Shown here one piece after another: positions 36,722 through 50,800 of a stretch of DNA of 63,545 nt. The notes below the pieces were generated by a model, which worked only from the letters and a program-made list of their open reading frames with translations, was not told the origin of the DNA and ran no database searches. Source of the DNA: Chara braunii (lineage: Eukaryota > Plantae > Charophyceae). The DNA lies in NCBI GenBank assembly GCA_003427395.1, contig BFEA01000046.1, positions 3,117,576 through 3,181,120 of the forward strand. Direction: 5' to 3'. Numbering within the stretch: the first letter of the stretch is position 1; every line of letters starts with the position of its first letter. Position numbers and translations under genes: made by a program.

Positions 36722-38797
36722 ACCTCCTGATCACGCGGAAACAGTCTGCCACAGTCATGTTTTTTTTTACTTTATAGCAAATATGACGAAAAAAATATAT
36801 ATATATTAATAAGAAAACCCGCCAGTGTAGCAACAACAGCCCCGCACCCTCTGTTTATTGCTCTCCTCTACTGCAGTGTGGTTGTGGCGGGTCCACTTGT
36901 CTTTTATTGAAGGAGTTTGGGCTGAAGGGAGCTGAATTTAACTTTTTGATTACGGGCGTGTAAGGTAAGGCTGGCTGATGCTCTCATTATACCGGGGGAT
37001 TGAATTGTAAGGTCCCTGGCCCCAGTTTCCACTTTAAAAAAAAGAAATAAAAAAACACACACACAAGTATCAAGACGCGTCGATTCCATAGGTCATATGT
37101 TTTTTCCTTGAACTTGGTACAGGGCCGAAGCCTCAACCAGAGGTTAGGGTTTGAGGCCGATGCCCCCTGGTATTTGAAGTGATTTTAAGGATTTTAGTGT
37201 GTTTTTGCAATTTGGAAAAAGATTGACAGGTGGGTTAGTTAGGTAGCACAATTAATGAGTTCTGGTACGTTTTTGCAAAGGAATATAACCGAAGTGACTG
37301 ACAGAAACCAGATTCTATCATCACACATGGTCGAGATTGTCAAAGGAACGAATTGAAAATGGAAAAGCACAAGAAATACGCCAAGTAAGAGCAACACCAA
37401 CTAAGAGCACAACGATCGAATCGACTAGTAACAGACTACTGACAGATTGCCACCTATCACCTACACTCTTTACAGGCTACAACCAATCCTCGTGAAGACC
37501 ACCACCAGATGAGAAAAACGATTCAGCTATGGCAGTCTGTTTAATATCGCCAGGCAAACTCCCTCTCTCACCTCACTCATTTCTCTTTACCCACATTGTA
37601 CGTCTTATAGCCAAAGGACCAGCTACTACACCTCAGCTATGGAGGGACAGTTGCCTAACTATGGTCATTTCCCCTCTTCCACAAGCGGCTAAGTCAAGGC
37701 CTGAGAGGCTACGGCTTCCACGAACTTTCCAGACCTGTAATCCAGTTGTAAGTATCCAGGGCCGCCATGTTCTAAGGGAGACAAGTAGGACCTCATAAGA
37801 ATTTGCAGGCCTGTCTTCACTTACAGTGGCCACAACCAACTTGGGAGCAGTTTTAAATTGAGCCGAAACCCGTAGTATCACGGTCGATGACCTTATGCCT
37901 TTCATTTTGCTTTTACAGTCGCGGTGCTGCGGGGACTATGCTTTTGAACCCGTAAGATTTCTGGGGAAAGAGAATGCATCAAGGTCTGACATATCAACAC
38001 ACATACTTTATAATCATTATAAAATAATAAAACAGTGTGCTCTCACTTGGGAATGAGAATACATTACTTACAAAAATGTATTTTGATGACCAACCCAATG
38101 TTGGAGCGTCGCATTGAAGTGTTGATTCAAACAGTTTATAAAGTGTGTTGCCTGCTCTCGGTCTGGAAGTGTTTCGATGAAAACGGCACCCTTGGACTTC
38201 ATAGGAACCTTGAATTTTCCAGACATTTCTAGTAAGAGCGAAGTTAAAAACAAACAAACACGCAAGTTCATTAGAGCCTTCCTTTAAAAAACTCTCTACG
38301 GATTTGTAGGGTGGTTTTTCTGGCAACTAGCCTCCTAACTTTTGCATGCATACACATTTTTATGCCCTCGTTTAGAAAACGCAGTGGTCAAGGCAATATT
38401 TTACGAAGTGGCACCTGCTTAGATCAATCATTTAGTGACACAAAGTAATGCACGAAGTTACTTATAACAATAATACATATTGTCATAAGATCATATTTGG
38501 TCTTCCACTCAGCTCTTTCATTGCCTTCACACCAGTTAACGAGTTCAGTAATGTAACTTACGTATGATCTCGTGATTTTTCTTATAGATCTCTAAACCCA
38601 ACTCCTGGAATTTGTGAAACATAATATCAACTTCTCGACTGTTTCCAAAAGTCTTGGCGGCCACCACAGTCACTTTGGAAAGTTTTCTCTCTGTCTTTGT
38701 CTCCTTGATGAGCTTGCTAGCAAGTGTTAGGAGTCTTTCCCGCCAAAAAAAAAAACACGAAGATAAAGAAAAATTAAGTTCTCAATTTCGTAAATAG

Positions 38798-39264
38798 CTA
38801 GGAAGATTCTCACGCCGGGCACCCGGCCGTGACGCCTGGGGTACGCAGGCGTGCAATTTTTTTTATTTTATTTTTTGGTTTTTTTTGTTTTCTGCGCTGC
38901 ACCAGAGGATTCCAAATCCGGGCTCATTTCGTTTTTTGCGAGTTGGCTGTCAAAGGGGGGGGAGGGGGGTATAATTTGGTTTTGAAAGGGGCTAAAAGGG
39001 TCTAAAGGGTGCCTTTGTGTGATTCTGTTATTTTCTTTTTTATCTCCGATTCTGTAAAGAATCATAATGTGACGCTCAGCCAAAAGTGGTTTGCATTTCA
39101 ATCCTACACAACATTTTTTTTTTCGGAAATTTTTAAGTTTTTTTTTTTTTTTTTTATTGGCCGCTGGGGGTGCCCAGAACCCTGCCCGGGGGTCATGCCC
39201 GGCCGAGCACCCTGCCGTGTCCAGGAAGATGTTGGGTGCCCGCGTGCCCCGAAAAAAAGCCTAG
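38798..39264. mobile_element. Non-autonomous DNA transposon with 8-bp TSD (hAT-like MITE)
   Basis: Ends are CTAGG...CCTAG, flanked by the direct repeat GTAAATAG (38790-38797, 39265-39272), with GC-rich CCCGG subterminal motifs. Confidence 0.8.
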
Positions 39265-40217
39265 GTAAATAGAGAATTTTAAATATCCGAAATTGACAGA
39301 TACATCGCATACGTAGATGTCCAGTTTAGTCGAAACAACACACATTGCCAAGAAACTGGTACGAATGTAACATTTTGGGATCAATTAATTTGATTTTTTT
39401 TTGTGTGATTTACAGATTATGCTTTGGACTAACATTGTTTGAATTTGCTATTATAGCCACAAACTTCCTGAGGAAATTTTTTGCAACAGTAGACAAGGTG
39501 AGGTGATTGCGGATGCAGGGTTTTTATATAGCATTTCTAGTAAAATTAACGAACAAAACTGATGCACAACACAATAGACAAACAACAAAACACCATAGAA
39601 TCCTAATAGTTATTACTAATAATAATTTGGTTCAGTTATTTTTGAACTTACACATCAAAGTTGATGCACGTCAGAATAGAATATGAACACAATGCCATAA
39701 AATCCTATACATTATTAGTAATTTGTGACTAATTGTAATTGACTTTTGTTATTTTTAGAGCTGCACCATATGTCTCACCGCATCTTTCTTCTCCATGCCA
39801 GAAAAGAGCACATCGTCTTCTTGATGTTGAAGATTTTGGTTATCATTGTTCTCATTGTCATCAAAAAGTGTCTGTCCTTCAACATTCCTGTAGGCGTTGA
39901 GCAGAGTCTTATCATCGATCAATATAAGTCTCTGCTCAACTGATGCACGTATCAGCTTGCTGGAAGCTTCCATTGACTCGGACTGAATCACAGCACTGAT
40001 TCGATCCTCCTCCTGACTTGAACCATCATCAATCCTTTCAAGAATCTTTGTTATCACGTGGGTAATCCCAGCAAGAATCAACAATTCTGCTTTAACCTTG
40101 GAAAAAATTCCTGATAATCCATGTAAGAAATGTACAATTTGCAACAAAAACCAAAAGTTGTTGTTAGAAAGATGTTATAAGATTTTTTTTATGCACTAAT
40201 AAAATGGTGTGCAGGGT

Positions 40218-40410
40218 GAGCGGCACATGACCCAGTGGTTAGAGGCACCAGTTGGAAATGCACATTGTGGTCTGAGGTTGTGGGTTCCAAACCCTGCAAT
40301 CTCGTGACAGTGGTGTATCTGCCTTCCAACCAGCTGCCTCGATAATGCAGGGGCCGGAGTTCCAGGGGGGTGCACGCTGGCACAGCGGCTTGGTAGCTCC
40401 AGTCCAGGCT
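40218..40410 (+). mobile_element. Possible tRNA-derived SINE head
   Basis: A-box-like TGACCCAGTGGTTAGAGGC and B-box-like GGGTTCCAAACCC at plausible spacing, but no intact cloverleaf. Confidence 0.45.
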
Positions 40411-40446
40411 ACGTCCCCCTCTCTCTCTCTCCCCCCCCCCCCCCCC

Positions 40447-40726
40447 ACCTTCGCTTGACCTCTTCCATCACTTCCTACTCCACCCAACCTCTGCCCTCGT
40501 TACTCCATCTCTTTGCCTGACCTCTTCCCTACCTCCATACTCCACACAACCTCTGCCCTCGTTACTCCTTCCCTTTGCCCACCTTTCACCCAACTTCTTT
40601 GTGCCCTTTCCCGTCCCACCCACCTCCTCCGGACGTCATCCTTCTCTCCGCCGAACCTCCTCCTCATATCCTTAGGCCTGACCATCTCCCTCCCCTTTCC
40701 TCCGTTGCCCAATCTCCGCCCGACCT

Positions 40727-40817
<91 letters not shown>

Positions 40818-41099
40818 NCCCACCTTCGCTTGACCTCTTCCATCACTTCCTACTCCACCCAACCTCTGCCCTCGTTACTCCATCTCTCTGGCCGACCTCT
40901 TCCCTACCTCCATACTCCACATAACCTCTGCCCTCGTTACTTCTTCCCTTTGCCCACCTTTCGCCCAACTTCTCTGTGCCCTTTCCCCTCCCACCCACCT
41001 CCTCCGGACGTCATTCTTTTCTCCGCAAAACCTCCTCCTCATATCCTTAGGCCTGACCATCTCCCTCCCCTTTCCTCTATTGCCCAATATCCACCTGAC

Positions 41100-41110
<11 letters not shown>
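40447..41110. repeat. Tandem duplication of a ~285-bp pyrimidine-rich unit separated by (CT)n
   Basis: 40447-40730 is near-identical to 40821-41105. Confidence 0.85.
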
Positions 41111-41160
<50 letters not shown>

Positions 41161-41516
41161 TTCATGATTACCATCATCATCTTCATGATTACTGTCATCA
41201 TCAACATCATTACCGTCATCATCATCATCAACATTATCAGTAATATTGCCATTATCACAATTGTCATCAGAACTATGGCCTTCGGCGTGATTCCAATCAC
41301 CATCAACACTCTTCCTGTCCATCCTGCAGCAGTCGCTGATAGGCAGTCACAGCCACCTGACAGCCATCAGGCACTTTTGTGCTATCGATCTGAACTTTTC
41401 TTCCCCCATCATCGAAATTTATGCCCACATTCACCCCGATGAAACGCACTTCGAAGCGATTGAACTGCGCTTACTCACACTAATTTGGTCATACCTAGGG
41501 CATCTTGCTATGGTCG

Positions 41517-41572
<56 letters not shown>

Positions 41573-41972
41573 CGCTTCCTTTCCTGCCATTCTCCCCTCA
41601 CGATCCTAAAAGCGAACAACACGCAATTTTTTTTATTTTTGTTTTTGGTTTTGGGGTTATGCTGGTTGGAGGTGAGGGAGCTAGGAACACGCACTGCATT
41701 TAGCTATGCTGGCGAAGCCTCAAGCCTCCACCCAAGTACAAGACGAACGATCGAAAAGAAGACAAAGCCTCATAACATCAGGCATGTTGGACTAAATTAA
41801 CGTTTCACCGAAGCACGTAGCACCAACTCGCACCAAATATACGTTGCACCGAACACATTGCACTGAAAGCATGTAGCACCAAGTTGAACCAAACCATGAG
41901 AAGCACATTGCACCGAAGCACGTAGAACCGGAGCACCACCGGTTGACGTAGTGGGGGAAGAGGGGGGGGGGG

Positions 41973-42054
<82 letters not shown>

Positions 42055-44199
42055 CAATTCACGTAGCATCAAAGCGCGTAGGGCCAAGTCGAACCACACT
42101 GAGAAGAAGCGCGCTCAGAGCACCACTGATTCACGTAGCAGGGGGTTGAGAGAGAGACAAAAAGAGATAGAGAGAGGGAGAGAGCGCTACAGCCTTATAA
42201 GTTGTCATCGGTCATTCTGTAGGTAGTAGGCAGCGCCGCTGGTAGGTCGCGCAAGCACCCCTGTAGCAAGAGATAGGTCGCACCGTGGTGGGCCACCCAC
42301 AATAAAAAAAGGTAGGGCGCTATAGCAACATATAGGCCGCACGGTAGGTAGGTCACTCGCTAGATAGATAGGCTGCCCACAAAAATAAAAGTAGGCCCCC
42401 CACAAAAACAATGTTTTCAATAGGTTGTGTGGCAGGTCGGTTCATCGAGGGTGGGAGATCTCATGCTGATGAGAATTTGTTCTTATTAGTACGAGATTTG
42501 TACCATCCGTGATAATGATCGGGCTGGAATACGGGCCGTTCTTTATATCGCTTAGCAGTTTCTATAAGTTTTCTTCCTTGCAGAGATAGACCTTGTTCGT
42601 CCAACCAAGCAGTCCATTTTGTAGACAAGCCCATTTTGTAGGCAAGGCATGCGAAGAGAAAATTTGTTAGATATGCAAAACTGTGAGACTTACACAAGTT
42701 TTAAGGGAAAATGGTATGACTGATAGTTCGTACGAATATATTTCAAACTGACCTGTTGTAAACACCTNTTTCGCGTTGAAAANATTTTTTTTGGAAGAAT
42801 GAAATTCATAGGACAATATTACAACTGACCTCCCTTTCCATCGCCGGACGTCTTCTGCAGGTCCTTCGAAATCTTNTGAAAATANTTANATTNACTGATA
42901 AATTTTGCCTTGGAGTTATGGTTGAGCCAGTAATGTGTCACTCTGGTGGCCCCTTGCTCTGCGATAGGATGGTGTAACAACCATATTCTTTTGAAAAGTT
43001 GTTCGACACATTGAAACCAAAGCACTGCAGTTAGGCTTGGTGTGAGAAAAAAGACAATGAATATAGAAAAATAGAACAACTAAAAAACACACAAAAGCAG
43101 CTAAATCGAAGTTGGTAATGTTCCCCCAGTTTCCAACAAGTGTTACTCCCCACCAATGGACAGAAGCCATTTGTGAAAACTTATTGACCCTGTGTGTACT
43201 TTTATCACCGCAGGGCAGCATGATTTCGCTGGATGTTTTGAATTGTTTTCTCTATTAAAAAAAAAATACAATTTTTTTTTTCGATAAAAAAATATATACA
43301 AAGGAGACCATTACTTTGAAACAGATTCTCAACTTTCCAAAAAAAAAGGTACGAGGAAAAAGTCCGAAAACACATTGTTTTTGCTGTTTACACACCTCGG
43401 AAAGTTTTGTCGAAGCTTCACTTGGGACTTGATGGTAACGATCCATTTCCTCAACAATTGAAAGATAATCAGTTGAGAAGACACTTTCATCCGGTACCTC
43501 TGGCCCATCAGTGTCTTGATACATCTTGATCTCCACATCTGGAATGTAAATGTTGAACCTGCTCATTAAGCCATCTGCATTATTTGAATGCAGGCTAAGA
43601 AAGCGCTCTGGTTGCGTGTAACCTGTTAGAACAACATGTGTCCGGTCCAGTTTTCGATTTGGGTTTCCGCAAGTTTGCATCTCCCACCTGCCGCCACTTT
43701 TCAGACTCAGCATACTTGTTCTGTCCAGGCCACCTGCTCCTGATGATGATGATTTGTGTAAATCCATTTTATCAAATATTGTCCCTAACTCATCTTCTAG
43801 TGCAACAAGTTCAAGGTTCATGCATTCAAGCAGAGAGTCGAACATCTTTTCAAAGGTTTTCTGCAAACATTGTCATAAAAATCATGCAACACAGAACACA
43901 AATTTTTGGAACACAGAGTCATTAACAGAAGAAAGACACAGTCATAATATGACCGAATTTCTATGTTTTTTACCGTTGACGTACTGAATTTTCCAGAGAG
44001 AGAGAGAGGCGGTTTTTGGAGGCCCAAATTTTCAGACCACTTGTCATGCCATTTATAACAAAACCCAAGGGTCATCTTAACCAAACTTGCCACCAGTTCT
44101 TAGAGTGGTGACCATACTAACTAAATGCAAACAATTTGGATTTTTTTTTTTAACCTATAAAACATCGAGGCAAAAGAGCACTTTCTTGCAAATTTCGCT

Positions 44200-45580
44200 A
44201 ACATTCTATTTCGGCGGGCGGTTTGGCTTTTTTGCCTTACTTGGGCTTCAAGGCCCGGTGTCCCACTTTTTTCTGGGTTTCACCCCACCCTGAGCCTACA
44301 CACGGTTTGTGGGGTGCATGTTTTCTGCCGATGGGTGTTCACTTTGTGATGGTACACTATCGCCGTCCTTTTGCGGTTTTTTTGACCCCCGGTACGTTTT
44401 TTTTGGTTTGCCATGCTCGAGCCCCTTGGTTTGGGTTTTGCTTGTTGTTCTGGGGTCTTGCCCCAACCAGGAACTTGCCACTTTTTTGTCTATTTGGCCG
44501 AGTGACGACCCGCCGTCTTTGCACGGTGTTGTTTTGTGCGGGAACGACTGACGGAGGGGGCATCACGACTTACCGCCGTCTGATTATTCTGACCTCTGGC
44601 CTCCTGAAGGGGACTGGTCTGGCCTCCGTTTTTCCTTTTTTTCTTTGCTATATCTAGGCGGGATGCGGAGTGATGTCCTCTCACTTTGCGTCTGGAACGA
44701 GGATGAGCCATTCGACGGCTCTGGGCACATGCTTTGATTGCCTTTGTGAGCCTTCTAAGACGAACAGTTGGGAGGATGCCTATGGTGGTCGCCTGTGGGC
44801 TGTCTCTGCAGTTGCAAAATTGGCTCGAGTTTTTTCGGGTTTGCTTTCTTCGTTCTTTCGGCATTCATGATGGTGTCCGCCTGCGCCGATCGGTTCTGTA
44901 ACGGGACTCGTATGCTCGGCGTCCGGGAGCCTTATCTCTGCGAGGTTCCTCTTTCGGCATTCATGGCGGTTGTCTCCCGCGCCTTCGGACGATGCGGACT
45001 GTTGGGTCTGTCTTCTGTGTTCTATGCTTGTTCGCTTGTGTGTCTGTCATGTGTGATTGGCTGTGGTTGCAGGTATTTCGACGCTTTTTTCCTCTAGATA
45101 CCGCCTCGGGTTTCCATTGATTACGGTACCATGGGTTATACTCTTCTTGGTTCCTCCTTCGGTTGGTCTTTCGGATCTGCGGTGACGAGAACATTAGCAT
45201 GGCTTCTTCACCTTTCGAGGGTGCATTCCATCGGGGTAGGATAGACTATTTAAGAAGGCAAGGCTATAGGTATTGGCCTCCTAAGATTGAACTTTGGTTC
45301 GAGGGATCAGGTTCCTCCTGATGACGGTACTGGCGGGGTAGCAGAAACGCGTAGAGGGTTGGCCGCTTGGGGTGAGGACGGATATGGTGGATTCGGGTTT
45401 GGGTGAAAGCCTTGAATTATATGTTCTTTCATTTCGGTTTTTTGTCCCTTCTGTGTACTTGGACTTCGGTTCATCTTGCTGTGTGCGATCAGGATTGGCT
45501 TATTTGGGTGTATTTCTCTATCCTGACTCATGCTGAAGACTGTTTGCCGGCAGTTCTTCCTTTTCCTTTATTCTATTTCA
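44200..45580 (+). mobile_element. Probable 3' fragment/pseudo-LTR of a second Penelope-like family
   Basis: It contains a type I hammerhead of the same design as the PLE above and ends in a similar pyrimidine-rich ...TTATTCT tail. Boundaries are approximate. Confidence 0.5.
45313..45358 (+). ncRNA. Type I hammerhead ribozyme with palindromic ACGCGT stem III; stem II degenerate
   Basis: TCCTC-CTGATGA-CGGTACTGGCGGGGTAGCA-GAAA-CGCGTA-GAGGG. Confidence 0.75.
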
Positions 45581-46032
45581 GAAATTCTTTAGAAATGTTT
45601 GAAATCTCAGCAGAGGAATTTTAAATTTACAATACTCCAAATGAGACCAAATTTGGTACATTATAACCTTGAACCCAGACAAATTCAAAAAAATTTTAAA
45701 AAAATTATTAAAATTATTAAAAGTCCAAATCCTAATTTCAATTTTAGACCGTCAAGAGGTGAAACTAGGGGTGTGGACGTAGAGAAAGAACAAAAGAGCA
45801 AAGAGCTGTAGGAAAATAATTTATGGGAAGATGAGGAAGGAGTATCTTGCATCGAAACAGAAAGGATAACCTCTATACAGAGAGGAGAATTTTGAAAACA
45901 ACTATAGAAGAAATAGGTGGGGAGCAAGGAGCATTGTGAAACATAATTGCAAACAAATATCTAAATGAAAGACAACATGAAAGCACCATAGTCCCCTACG
46001 CCTTTCTCATCCCCACGCTCTCACTCTCTCTC

Positions 46033-46090
<58 letters not shown>

Positions 46091-46094
<4 letters not shown>

Positions 46095-47498
46095 ACGAAC
46101 AAAAATCGTCAAAACTCTGCATATGCTTGTCGTCTGGACTGAACCCTCGCTAAAACAATATCACAATATAGCGCACGTGAAGTCCGCCATCACCAGCATG
46201 AGTTGAAGAAGTCAGGGCTCACAATCTGAAGATTGGCGAGGAAAGCTTGGTGCAGGCGGGTGATGGTCATAGAGGGAAGACAATTGGTGTTGCATACAGT
46301 AAAGGTGCAAACAGAAACAAGAACCGACCCCTCATGCAAAGTACAATATGGCGAAGCGGAAGACTTTAGATACCAATGATCCGACTCAATCAATGTTGCA
46401 ATGCAGTCTTGACATACATCATCATCGTACAATGGTGTGAAGGGCTGACGCTCACACAGAAGGACAGCGCCAGACCCAGACATACACAGACGAAGAGGAG
46501 GGGGTAAGAAAAGAGGCAGAGGGAGGAGAAGATGGGAGATGTCGTCAACTCCAAGTCTGCGGTACGGGTCCCAAATAATCCTCATCGAATGTCTGAATCC
46601 CAAAGTCAAGTCCGAATCCAATGTCGTGAAGTCTCATGTCACAGCTCTCTCTCGTAGTCCATGGATATTGAGAGGTAGGCAATAAGAGGGGAAAAAGAGA
46701 TGGTGGACTTAGAAGAGGAAGAAGAAGAACTCTCTCTCTCTCTCAGTCCAGTACTAACTTGTAAAGCTGGCGTCTTGATGCAGGTACCCCGAAGATGGAG
46801 TTGGATCGATGGCGCCACAGGTAAGTACCACTGGCCTCCGCCAGTGTCTCTCTCCGATACTACTACCAACTACTACTATAGTGGCTAGTATAGTGCCCAG
46901 CGCTGAAGCTATGGCTATGGGCGCCCAGCGCTGAAGACTACAGCTATGACTATGGGCGCCCAGCGGCGAAGAGTACTACTAGTGCTAATACTACTGCCTA
47001 GCGCTGAAGACTACTGCAGCGCTCCTCCTGAGTGCTGCGGCCGAAATCCTGAAGACTACTCGTGCCTACTGACAACTACCTCCCCGTGAAGTGCATGGGA
47101 ACTCCTATGTACTACCGGGTGCCTCCTGACTGCAGGGCGAGCAGTCCAAAGGCTGCTCTTGCCTATTTCGTAGGGAGGCAGGGGCTGCCGCTGCAGCTCC
47201 TGCTCAAACTCGTGGGGAACAGGCTATTTCTGGCCTGTTCCGAAACCCTGTTTTCGTGCGTGAGTCTTAGGGTTGGTCGAGACGATGAGGGCCTGAAAAT
47301 GGCCCTCCGTTTCAGGCTGGAAAACCTCTGGGCCTGAAAGGCCCAGAAATAGGCTGAAACGGAGTAGGGTCTGCAGGCCCTCGTTTTTCAGCTTTCAGGC
47401 TGAAACGACCGGGGCCTGTAAGCCCTTTCTTTTAGGCTTTTAGGCTGAAAGTGCGGGACCGGCCCTGCAGGGCCCGTGTGGCTACGCAGTATGCCACA
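46091..47498 (-). mobile_element. Diverged relative of the 9310-11026 element (TG...CA), solo-LTR-like
   Basis: It shares CAGCCTGAAA motifs, TCCATCTTCGGGGTACCTGCA, TTCTTCCTCTTCTAAGT and GATTATTTGGGAC blocks in the same order, and abuts (CT)n on the left. Confidence 0.7.
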
Positions 47499-48662
47499 GT
47501 TGGGCTCAGTCGGAACTGGTGGATATTGCGCCAGAATGTCTAAAAGATGCAGGAGGTGGAGGAGAAGGATTTGGATTTTACATACATTGGATAATGCTAA
47601 AACGTAGTGAAGTACGACAAGATATTGAAATACAACTTGCACTCATGAAGCCTTCAAAATAACAAATAGGGATCTCATAGTTTTGATATGTCTCGTTATT
47701 TATGCCTCCTTTGTTTCATGTGTGCTTTGTTTCCCTCTCAGCCGATTCAAGCAGAAAGTGCTTAAGGTGTTGTTGTTGTTTTTTCGGGATTGAGATTCCT
47801 TTTGCTTGCAGGAGGTAGATAAATTCAGAGATTGTCAAGACACAGTTTATGTCATAACTTACATCGGACAGGTGAAACTTGATCTTCTTTTTCTCGATGT
47901 CATTTGGAGTTGGATCTTGATTCGCAGCTTGGTTTTCCATCATAGCTTTGATCTCCATCTCTGCTCTGTCCAGACATGATAAAATCTTCATGTGTGCTGG
48001 TGATTTTCCCATCCCGCTGAATCTCAGTACAACACTCCAAAAAATTCGTGACAATCTCCAATGGTGTCTAGACACTGCAAGTTGTGCCCTTGATCCCATT
48101 AAGAAACCACATACTGAGAGTATCGGCAGAATGAGCATCCAAGGTGAACATCCAGCCTCAAGGGCAAGGTATTCAAGCATTTCAGTAAAACTGTCAGAGA
48201 ACATCGAATTGAGGCTTGGAAGGATACGTGCAGCTTTCCTCATAAGTCTGGATATTGTGTCGATAGGAGGAATATCCCCAAGACTTTGTTTCCTGGAAGT
48301 TGCACGAGAAGCCATTTGAATGCTTGAGAAAAAAAGAGGTATAATAGAATTATAACTTTTTTTTCCATATACAGCAAGAGAGGAACAAACACACACAATC
48401 GTGTATATGTTAATAAGTTTGTGTATCATACATCTTCCAAAATATTTGTAAAAAGGTACAGTGTATTATCAAAAGATAAGTTAAAATTTTTCAAACAACA
48501 CCTACCAAGATCACGAAAAATTCTCAAAAAAATTAGAATTTTACTTAGAAATTTTAAAGGGTGGCACAAGGCAAGCACAAGAGTAACCCTCATCCAATTT
48601 TATGCAATAATATCTTTGAGTACTGTTCAGAATCCACATGAGAAGTTTGCCAAGTTTCTTTT

Positions 48663-48724
<62 letters not shown>

Positions 48725-48973
48725 ACATACATGTAAGTTGCTTAAACAATAGCTGGTACAAGTCGCTCCTCGGGATTGACTAGTCCTTCTGAGATAAGGT
48801 CTGTAATGATTCTGATGGCACCAGTTCGTGTCCTCTTGCCAGTTTGCACTGCAACATGAACAACTTGCCTTCCTGGACTGTAAACTCAAATGCCTTGTCC
48901 AAAACACCAGGTGTATTCTTGGATCCTGTAGAGTTACCCACCAAACAACAATAAATCAGTATCAGTCAATATG

Positions 48974-49068
<95 letters not shown>

Positions 49069-50429
49069 NNNNNNNNNNNNNNNNNNNNNNNNNNNNNNNN
49101 NNNNNNNNNNNNNNNNNNNNNNNNNNNNNNNNNNNNNNNNNNNNNNNNNNNNNNNNNNNNNNNNNNNNNNNNNNNNNNNNNNNNNNNNNNNNNNNNNNNN
49201 NNNNNNNNNNNNNNNNNNNNNNNNNNNNNNNNNNNNNNNNNNNNNNNNNNNNNNNNNNNNNNNNNNNNNNNNNNNNNNNNNNNNNNNNNNNNNNNNNNNN
49301 NNNNNNNNNNNNNNNNNNNNNNNNNNNNNNNNNNNNNNNNNNNNNNNNNNNNNNNNNNNNNNNNNNNNNNNNNNNNNNNNNNNNNNNNNNNNNNNNNNNN
49401 NNNNNNNNNNNNNNNNNNNNNNNNNNNNNNNNNNNNNNNNNNNNNNNNNNNNNNNNNNNNNNNNNNNNNNNNNNNNNNNNNNNNNNNNNNNNNNNNNNNN
49501 NNNNNNNNNNNNNNNNNNNNNNNCCCCCCCCCCCCCCTTTTTTCACTTGGTTTCATTTTCAAAAAGAAAAAAAAAAGAAAAAAAACAAACCTTGCTCTCT
49601 CAACCGTTGTCCATCCAAAAGTAACATAGCGGAATTTGAGGTGCACGAGTTACTGAACAAACACAAATCAATTACAGAAATAAAAAAAGAGAACATAATA
49701 AACCTAGATTTCAACTTAGAGAATATGAGGAAGGTCAGAACATGAAGACAAAAAAGGAGAAGCAAAACCCCAGGAAGAGGAAACATTCCCAATAATTGGA
49801 TAATATACAGACCAGACAAAGGTATAAGAGGATTAGAAGGCTACAAAGTAAAGATAGGGTATAAGATAAGCAATAAGACAATGGACCCATGTACAACTAT
49901 CTCAAAAAGATGGATCAAACATCTGCCAGTGGGTACACAAATCGCCTGGGAATACTACAGGAGCATATGAATAACTTCTAATATGCATGAACGCACACAC
50001 TCTATGTGCCTGTGTGTGTGTATGTGTGTGTGAGTGTGTGTGTGTGTGTCTGTGTACGTTTGTGTAGTATAATTTGAACGAGAGACCCAGACCTACCCAA
50101 CTGGTAAGCACAGTACAACAAATGAGATCGAGTTGCACAATGCAACAGCTGCATCAGTTGTACTATGTCCTATTACAGAGCAAGCATCTGACTGCCATTA
50201 TGCTGAGCTACAGTTATCTTAGACTCCCCAAGGAGAGAGAGTACATACGATCTTCTTGAGATGCAGTGGCATCATTAGTTTCATAGTGTGATAGAAGAAA
50301 ACATCCTTGTAACCGCAACTTAGCTCCTCTCATAGCAATACGAATCCTTCCCTTCAGATCAGAAAGAAAGAATCTATGTTGCGTGCTATACTGGGAGTCC
50401 CCTAAAGTGCCACACTTTGTGTGTCTTTC

Positions 50430-50800
50430 ACACACAGGCTGTTGCATGTGATTCGCCTACTTCCATACTAGCATTCCTAAAGTATGCTATACTTTGTGGT
50501 ATACTGCGTGGCATACTGCATGCAATAATGCGTGGTACACTGTGTACTATACTGCATGCTATACTGGATGTTATACTGCATCCTATACTGGATGGTAGAC
50601 TGCGCACTACACTGTGTGTTATACTGTGTGCTACACTGTGTGCTAGCTGCGTGGTATACTCAATGCTACACTGCGTGCTCAACTGCATGTTATAGTGTGT
50701 GAGATATTGCGTGCTACACTGTGTGCTACACTGTGTGCTATGCTGTGTGCTATGTTGTGTGTTATACTGCGTGCTATACTGCATGCTATATTGTGTGTGA
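50430..50800. repeat. 12-bp minisatellite (CTATACTGCGTG-like)
   Basis: Periodicity is visible directly. Confidence 0.85.

Larger units (their letters stand above)
38560..48315 (-). pseudogene. DUF3987/YfjI-like P-loop ATPase (helicase-like), spliced, probably decayed
   Basis: Exon 48315-47863 has IFWSVVLRFSGMGKSPA (Walker A). A phase-0 join LSD|KTFEKM leads into exon 43860-43396 (ALEDEL Walker B, LTGYTQP, DGLMSRF). Exon ~40125-39770 has SKVKAELLILAGITH and exon ~38725-38560 has FHKFQELGL (winged-helix-like). Confidence 0.78.

Noticed and set aside
35202-36836. Long ORFs across (GA)n, (CA)n and N gaps (also near 3500, 20400, 30400, 49000)
   Set aside because: These are artefacts of microsatellites and assembly gaps.
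35175-36900. Helitron-like element (GCGGGTCCACTTGT end, also at ~30708-30721)
   Set aside because: Only a short shared end motif. The interior is microsatellite and gap, so boundaries cannot be supported.
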